This document shows, one piece after another, positions 58,583 through 64,000 of a DNA stretch of 64,000 bases. The stretch comes from a virus (lineage: Duplodnaviria > Caudoviricetes), in IMG/VR virus record IMGVR_UViG_3300021411_000006, positions 9,241 to 73,240 of that record. One strand, given 5' to 3'. The notes beneath the pieces are model-generated. The model searched no databases, was not told the origin of the DNA, and saw only the letters and a program-made list of their open reading frames with translations. How positions within the stretch are numbered: the stretch's first letter is position 1; each line of letters begins with the position of its first letter. The position numbers were made by a program, and so were the translations under genes.

Positions 58583-58708
58583 CCGACTGCCAAACATAGT
58601 CCCAGCATAGTTAGGCACGATTTTTGTAAAGTATATTACTTGACAAGCCAACGCATATAACACACAACCCGGAAGCTTTACCGGTTCGCTAAACAAAGCA
58701 TATAACGC

Positions 58709-59650
58709 ATGACCTACACACCAGTTGCAAACAGTTACTTCTCAGGGATCGGAGGGCTCGATATCGGCATGATGCAAGCCGGAGTTAAGATCCAGCAATC
58801 AATAGACCTCGACCCAAAAGCAGGTGCCGTGATGAAGGCCAACCCTCACTACTTCGGTCACAACGTCATAACCGGCGACCTGACACAAACGCTCGTTCTG
58901 ACACAACCTGACAGCGACCTGCATCTATTCACCTACCCTTGCGATAAATACTCGACCGCTGCTGACCTGCACAATGCACGGACAGGAGATGACCTGTTCC
59001 TACATGCGCTCCGCCATGTGGCTTTGAAGCGCCCGCAGATGTTCGTAGTTGAGAACGTCCCCGGCATGCGTAAGTTCAAGATAGTAATGGAGACGCTGAC
59101 CCAGTTACCAGAGTATTACGTTACTGTCTTCTGTCCGGTGGAGGCTACTAACTGGCTCCCCCAGCGCCGGGACAGGCTTATAGTGATCGCTACACGTCGC
59201 CCCTTCACACCAGACCCACCGAAGAAAGCACACAGGCCACGCATAAGCGACTTATTGGAGGCTGAACCCCGCATACACATAACCGAAGGGATCATAAACC
59301 GCATGGCTGGCAAGTATCGTGACCGTCCTATCATTGTTGATCCAAGTGATCCGGGAGCGATAGCGCCCCTGTGTGTGGCTCACTACGAAAAGGATTTATC
59401 TACCCGGCTTGTGATGGATAAGAATAGCCCTATTGGTGTACGTCCTTTCACCGTGAAAGAGTATGCAAGGTTACAGGGCTTCCCGGATGATCTTATCATT
59501 AAAGACGAGGTATGGAGCTATCGTCTTATTGGTAATGCCGTTGCCGTTCCTGTTGGTCGTTGGATTGGTGAGCAGGTGATGAAGTACTTTAACAACCTGC
59601 CCAGGGTGAGGAAACAACTTCCCCAGGGTAAACTATTATTCGCAGCGTAA
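58709..59650 (+). CDS. Orphan C5-cytosine DNA methyltransferase
   Basis: SYFSGIGG (motif I), YPC (IV), VENVPG (VI), QRRDR (VIII), EYARLQGFP and IGNAV (IX/X). Confidence 0.92.
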   Translation: MTYTPVANSYFSGIGGLDIGMMQAGVKIQQSIDLDPKAGAVMKANPHYFGHNVITGDLTQTLVLTQPDSDLHLFTYPCDKYSTAADLHNARTGDDLFLHALRHVALKRPQMFVVENVPGMRKFKIVMETLTQLPEYYVTVFCPVEATNWLPQRRDRLIVIATRRPFTPDPPKKAHRPRISDLLEAEPRIHITEGIINRMAGKYRDRPIIVDPSDPGAIAPLCVAHYEKDLSTRLVMDKNSPIGVRPFTVKEYARLQGFPDDLIIKDEVWSYRLIGNAVAVPVGRWIGEQVMKYFNNLPRVRKQLPQGKLLFAA

Positions 59651-59667
59651 CTAAACACCCCACATAA

Positions 59668-59898
59668 ATGAAACACACAATTCAATTTACCTTCTTAGTC
59701 CTGTGTATCGCTGGGCTATTGAATGCCTGTATCCAGTCTTCGGGTACAAGGTTCCGGCAGGAAACAGGGAGCGACTACCAGTTATACATAGAGAGTGCGG
59801 ATAGCCTTGCTGTGTATGATGGCTCCCGGAGGGTTGGCACCGTCTTCCTAACCGACGATTCGGAGATAGGCCAGCTGATACAGAATGACAACGAATAA
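59668..59898 (+). CDS. Small lipoprotein
   Basis: MKHTIQFTFLVLCIAGLLNA-C lipobox. Confidence 0.7.
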   Translation: MKHTIQFTFLVLCIAGLLNACIQSSGTRFRQETGSDYQLYIESADSLAVYDGSRRVGTVFLTDDSEIGQLIQNDNE

Positions 59899-59941
59899 CC
59901 TTAACCGGTCGCCTACCGGTCATCAAACTGGCATATACTAC

Positions 59942-60199
59942 ATGAATAAAATTATCTTAGCGTTCTGCCTGATCGCCGCCACGTTCACAGCAAGTAGCCA
60001 GACCCCTGCGAAAACTTGCAATGGTATTACCGCAGCTGGTAAGCCCTGTCAAAGTACAATCCTTATGCCCTCCGGTTACTGCCGTGCCCATGATCCTGCT
60101 GGTATCAGGTGCGGAGCTATTAAGAAGGATGGCAAGCCCTGCCGGATGATCGTATCAAAGGCGGGTACACGCTGCCGTTACCACGTTGGCTGGAAGTAA
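59942..60199 (+). CDS. Exported protein with two Cys/His repeats (DUF5763-like)
   Basis: MNKIILAFCLIAATFTASS|Q then CNGITAAGKPC...CRAH and CGAIKKDGKPC...CRYH. Confidence 0.7.
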   Translation: MNKIILAFCLIAATFTASSQTPAKTCNGITAAGKPCQSTILMPSGYCRAHDPAGIRCGAIKKDGKPCRMIVSKAGTRCRYHVGWK

Positions 60200-60299
60200 C
60201 GCACAGGCTGTCGGGTTCATTCGCCGTGGTGATTCAATTCACAGCAGCCACATAACCAAACCCCGGACGCTCGACCGGTTATACAAATGAGCATATACT

Positions 60300-62726
60300 A
60301 TGAGTCAGAAAGAGCAAACCCTTGTTTTGATCCGTGCTAAGTTCGCCTCTCAGTGTGCGGAGACTGGTATGTACATCCCGAAGGGAGTCAATGTCTACTG
60401 GAACCCTGCCGCTAAGAAGGTGTACAGTCAGGAGAGCAACACAGCCAGCAAGTACCGTGACTCCCTGAGTATGGGGCAGCGTGATGCAGCTGGTGACATG
60501 CACACCGCAGGGCTGGAACAAGCGCAAGATAACTGGGCAGCAACTAACCTCTAAAACCTGTAACCATGAGTAATGAAGTACAACACAAGCACGGGTCTTT
60601 AGCCAGCGCAGTTAATGCCGCCATTGAGCTGTCCACAACTAACGGCACCGCATGTATCATTCTCTCCCGTGGCTCTTACTATGTAGAAGAGGAACCCGGT
60701 ATGATACGGGTATGGGAAGAGTTGATAGGCCAGTATGAAAAGGGTGAGTTGATGACTGAGGAGATGAGCGATAAGGAACTCGCGGAGCTGTTGACTGGCC
60801 CGCTCACCAATGAAGAGAAAGAAAGGAGGGCTGCAAGATGAAGTTACTAACCATCTTACTGCGAGTAGCCGGAGGGTTGATCCTTCCGGCACTTGTTGCG
60901 TATTACCTTCTATCCGGGAGCGCAGCACGGTATCAGGATCATTTGTATAAGGCGACACCGTACAGCGAGGATATTAGTATTGAACGTTCAGGAAACGCTA
61001 TACCTTAATCATTAAAACAAAAGCTATGACACACGATCAGGAGACACACCACCCGGACTGCCCAGCTAACAACGAGGGCGCATGCAAATGCTTTGAGATA
61101 GAACATGGGTTTACTACAGGCGACCGCTTTATAATCATCACGCCGACAATATTCACCGGAGACATTCCCGCATATTTTGAGGCCGAGGAAGACGGGCCGG
61201 ATATCCCCTGCACCTATGCCACTGAGCGGGAGGCAGCAATAGAGATGTTGGAGGATAAGATTGCCAGCCTTGAAAGTCAGTTAGTAGAGCTGAAGGCAGG
61301 AAATATTACAGGAGACGAGATAGACTATGGGCAGGAAGATTTTATCGTCCCCTGTACCGTTCACCCGGATGGCACGATCACAACGGAGACGCACAACCCA
61401 TTATATGACCCTAAAACTTATGTAAGATGAAGCACGAAGACAGAACCTTAATTGCAGCGGCCCTGCATGTAGTTAACCACATCCCTAACCGGAAGATCGA
61501 AGGCATGCCCGGAGGGTTTAAAGACACCTATGCGCTGGCTTCAGCATTACACAACCGGAAGAACAACAACCAGCCGGAATTTAATACCTTGATCCAGTTT
61601 AACAGCATGCCGGTGCTGGATTGCCAGATAGATAACATAGAGGTAGAGGCGATACATGATGATGGCGAGAACGCACAGCGTACAGCTCAGAACGGCAGCG
61701 AGTTGGAAATACATTACTGGTCGGTATATGCTCACCGTGTTGATGGTGGCGTTATCTGTTTAGCGGACTGTAAGAATAAGGAGGCAGCCATACAGTTATA
61801 CCAGCTGCTTATTGAGATCATGTTAAAAGGTAGGAAGGATAGCGAATTTATTAACAAAGCGGATAAGGATCATTTGGGATCGTTCTCTGTAAACCACTAA
61901 AAACAAAATCTATGAGTCTTCAACTTACAGTACACACAATCGACGGCAGGACGACACCGGTAAAGTCGCACAATATCAGAGCTGGTTTTGGTAGGCTGTC
62001 CATTCGCAATGGCGGCAAGGGTGTAATTGATATAACTGTTGACACCTTTACGGGTAGCGGCCACGACTTTCAGGAACGCCCCGACGAATTTATTACCGTG
62101 TATTATATCGACGGGAAAGAAGGTAGGACATGGGCAGGAACAGCCGCAGAGCTTGCGGCAATATTAAAGAACCATAAAACCCCGCAGCATCCAAGCGGAT
62201 CAAAAAAGGGATGATAAAAATGAAAAATAAAATAGTAACAATTAACGGGAGGAAAGGAGAATATACCGGCTTCTCAAATGCCACAGTAAAGCATCATTTC
62301 TCTATGTATGACGGGTCAACCGTTGCCCTTTCTGAAATGGAGACTATTAAACTGTTCGGGGTTGATTTTGTTACCCCATCCCATTCATACAACCAATCAG
62401 CCACTGCCCCCAATAGCGGGGAGGCAGCAGCCCCGGAGTTCACGCCCGGAGAATGGATTGTAGATGAAAGGAACGGGGGAGAAACAACCGCAGTAGAAGT
62501 CTGTGTAATGCACGGTAATGAAGATATTGACAGAAAAGATGCAGCCCTTATAGCCAGCGCCCCGGCATTGCTTAAAGAGAATGAAGAACTAAGGGAAGTG
62601 CTTAAGACTTGTAGCTATTTTATAGCTGCGTTTAAATTCGATAAAGACGTATTGTCCACTTGTACGAATAAGGAACTTTTGGAAACCGTGCAAGCAATTC
62701 TTAACCGGGTGGAGCGCAAAGGCTGA
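60300..62726 (+). other. Run of small early-type CDS (60300, 60566, 61026, 61427, 61912, 62211)
   Basis: Separate A-rich translation starts; 62211 carries TPGEW...DAALIASAP, a common phage motif. Confidence 0.6.
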
Positions 62727-62744
62727 CCCACAAAACAAATATCT

Positions 62745-63134
62745 ATGAGCGAAGACATACAAGGCTATTTTGGCAAAGTGATACACAGCTATTCCCGCAG
62801 GGAAGCGATAAATGACGGCATACTGGCCGACGTTTCAAAGTTGGCAGCGGAGGCCGGTTTTAAGTATCATACAGCGATCAGTACAGGTGTATTTAACCTT
62901 GTCGACGAGGCAGTACAGAAAGGTGGTAAGGATTACGAGGGCGTACTATGGGACATCTTTACCATGCTACGGCATGCGATCAAAGCAGGGCAGGGAGGAC
63001 AGCGTACAGACTTTAAGGTTCTTATTTGGAGTAAGTACGTTAATAAGGACAAGCTCTTTGATATGTACGCAGTCGTCGGCCCAGGGGATACAGCCGAGCC
63101 CGTTATTACTATTATGCTGCCGACCGAAGATTAG
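62745..63134 (+). CDS. DUF6573-like protein
   Basis: VIHSYSRREAINDGILADVS...VVGPGDTAEPVITIMLPTED. Confidence 0.7.
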   Translation: MSEDIQGYFGKVIHSYSRREAINDGILADVSKLAAEAGFKYHTAISTGVFNLVDEAVQKGGKDYEGVLWDIFTMLRHAIKAGQGGQRTDFKVLIWSKYVNKDKLFDMYAVVGPGDTAEPVITIMLPTED

Positions 63135-63206
63135 CAGCAACCGACCGGGAACCGCTGAGAGGTTCAAGCAGTTCACGCCTGCACCCGGTCACTAAAATAA
63201 ACGCCA

Positions 63207-63470
63207 ATGAAGAAAAACTATGTAAAGCCCGGTAAGACGGTCAGCATAAAAGTCGCCGATTGCTTCGCTACCCGGAGCATGGGGATTGCCGGGAGTGTGC
63301 AGGCGATTAAGGTCGCACTCCCGGAGGGTGGCGACGATCATTCTTTTTACGGGACGCTGGTCGGTATGATGAAAGGTAATAAGCCTATTACCCTGCTTCT
63401 TACTCAGCTGGGGTTTTATTACGATCCCCAGGGTATCTATTATTTAACCTTCGACAATAAGAAAATTTAA
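63207..63470 (+). CDS. Hypothetical protein
   Basis: 87-aa ORF with a plausible start. Confidence 0.55.
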   Translation: MKKNYVKPGKTVSIKVADCFATRSMGIAGSVQAIKVALPEGGDDHSFYGTLVGMMKGNKPITLLLTQLGFYYDPQGIYYLTFDNKKI

Positions 63471-63511
63471 CCAAAAGACAGGCGCAGTCTATAACAGGGC
63501 GCACACTCATT

Positions 63512-64000
63512 ATGCGAACAGTACGAATAAGGCTTTACAAAATCTACGAACTGAAAGAGCCAGCAAAGAAAAAAGCTATTGAATGGTATCGTAACACCAA
63601 CACTGAAATTTTTTGGGCAGACGAGAACGAAGGAAGTATGAAAGCCTTTGTCGATGTCTTTCCGATCAATGTAACACGCTGGGGCTATGGCGACAGAAAC
63701 GAAGGGGTTATCTATCGTTTTACTTGCGACAACGAGATTATAGAGCTAAAAGGTCAGCGGCTGGCAACGTATATCTGGAACAACTACAGGACAGAAATTT
63801 ACAGCCGGAAGTATTACAGCTACAAAGCAGTCACAACTGAACCAATGAAGCACCCACGCATAAAATCAGTTGTGCTGAAGGGGGGGGGGCCCAATGCAGG
63901 AAAGTATAGTAATAGTTATCATTCAGGAGTCCTGCCGTTGGAGAGCTATAACTGCCCGCTAACGGGTTACACAATGGACAATGAAATACTGGACGAGGTT
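63512..64000 (+). CDS. Conserved phage protein, 3'-truncated (absent from ORF track)
   Basis: Hand translation is open to the edge: MRTVRIRLYKIYELKEPAKKKAIEWYR...NCPLTGYTMD; contains a G10 tract. Confidence 0.75.
   Translation, partial: MRTVRIRLYKIYELKEPAKKKAIEWYRNTNTEIFWADENEGSMKAFVDVFPINVTRWGYGDRNEGVIYRFTCDNEIIELKGQRLATYIWNNYRTEIYSRKYYSYKAVTTEPMKHPRIKSVVLKGGGPNAGKYSNSYHSGVLPLESYNCPLTGYTMDNEILDEV

Noticed and set aside
1-64000. CRISPR array, DGR/retron, tRNA or rRNA genes
   Set aside because: No regularly spaced repeat-spacer units, no reverse transcriptase motifs, no template/variable repeat pair and no complete cloverleaf noticed.
1-64000. Stop-codon reassignment, known in some crAss-like phages
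   Set aside because: Long genes are intact in the standard code, and TAA, TAG and TGA all end genes at tight junctions.

Overview
The window is a large part of a temperate tailed-phage genome, most likely infecting a Bacteroidota host (Bacteroidota-type TAnnTTTG promoters, Gln+1 signal peptides, Bacteroidota-style integrase). No host flank is visible and both edges cut through phage genes. Left to right: (+) replication block (DUF4373-type initiator with palindromic repeats, primase-helicase, VRR-NUC, small accessory genes); (-) tyrosine integrase next to an intact attP-like site whose core may be the 3' end of a 6S RNA; a ~39 kb (-) late block (GroES-like, ring/tail proteins, tail nozzle, three ejection proteins including a 3064-aa JAB + zincin polyvalent protein, terminase, portal, scaffold, capsid, fibres, lysis) with a crAss-like podovirus layout but no RNA or DNA polymerase; (-) accessory genes; a divergent control region; (+) wHTH regulator, C5 methyltransferase and small early genes. 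The most striking observation is a tightly linked run of six genes between the capsid and lysis genes, including all the large tail-fibre-like proteins, that each carry an N-terminal export signal (five Sec-type, one lipoprotein). This suggests the fibres are built in the periplasm, possibly glycosylated, and joined to the virion at lysis. Family names are from motif recognition only; no searches were run.
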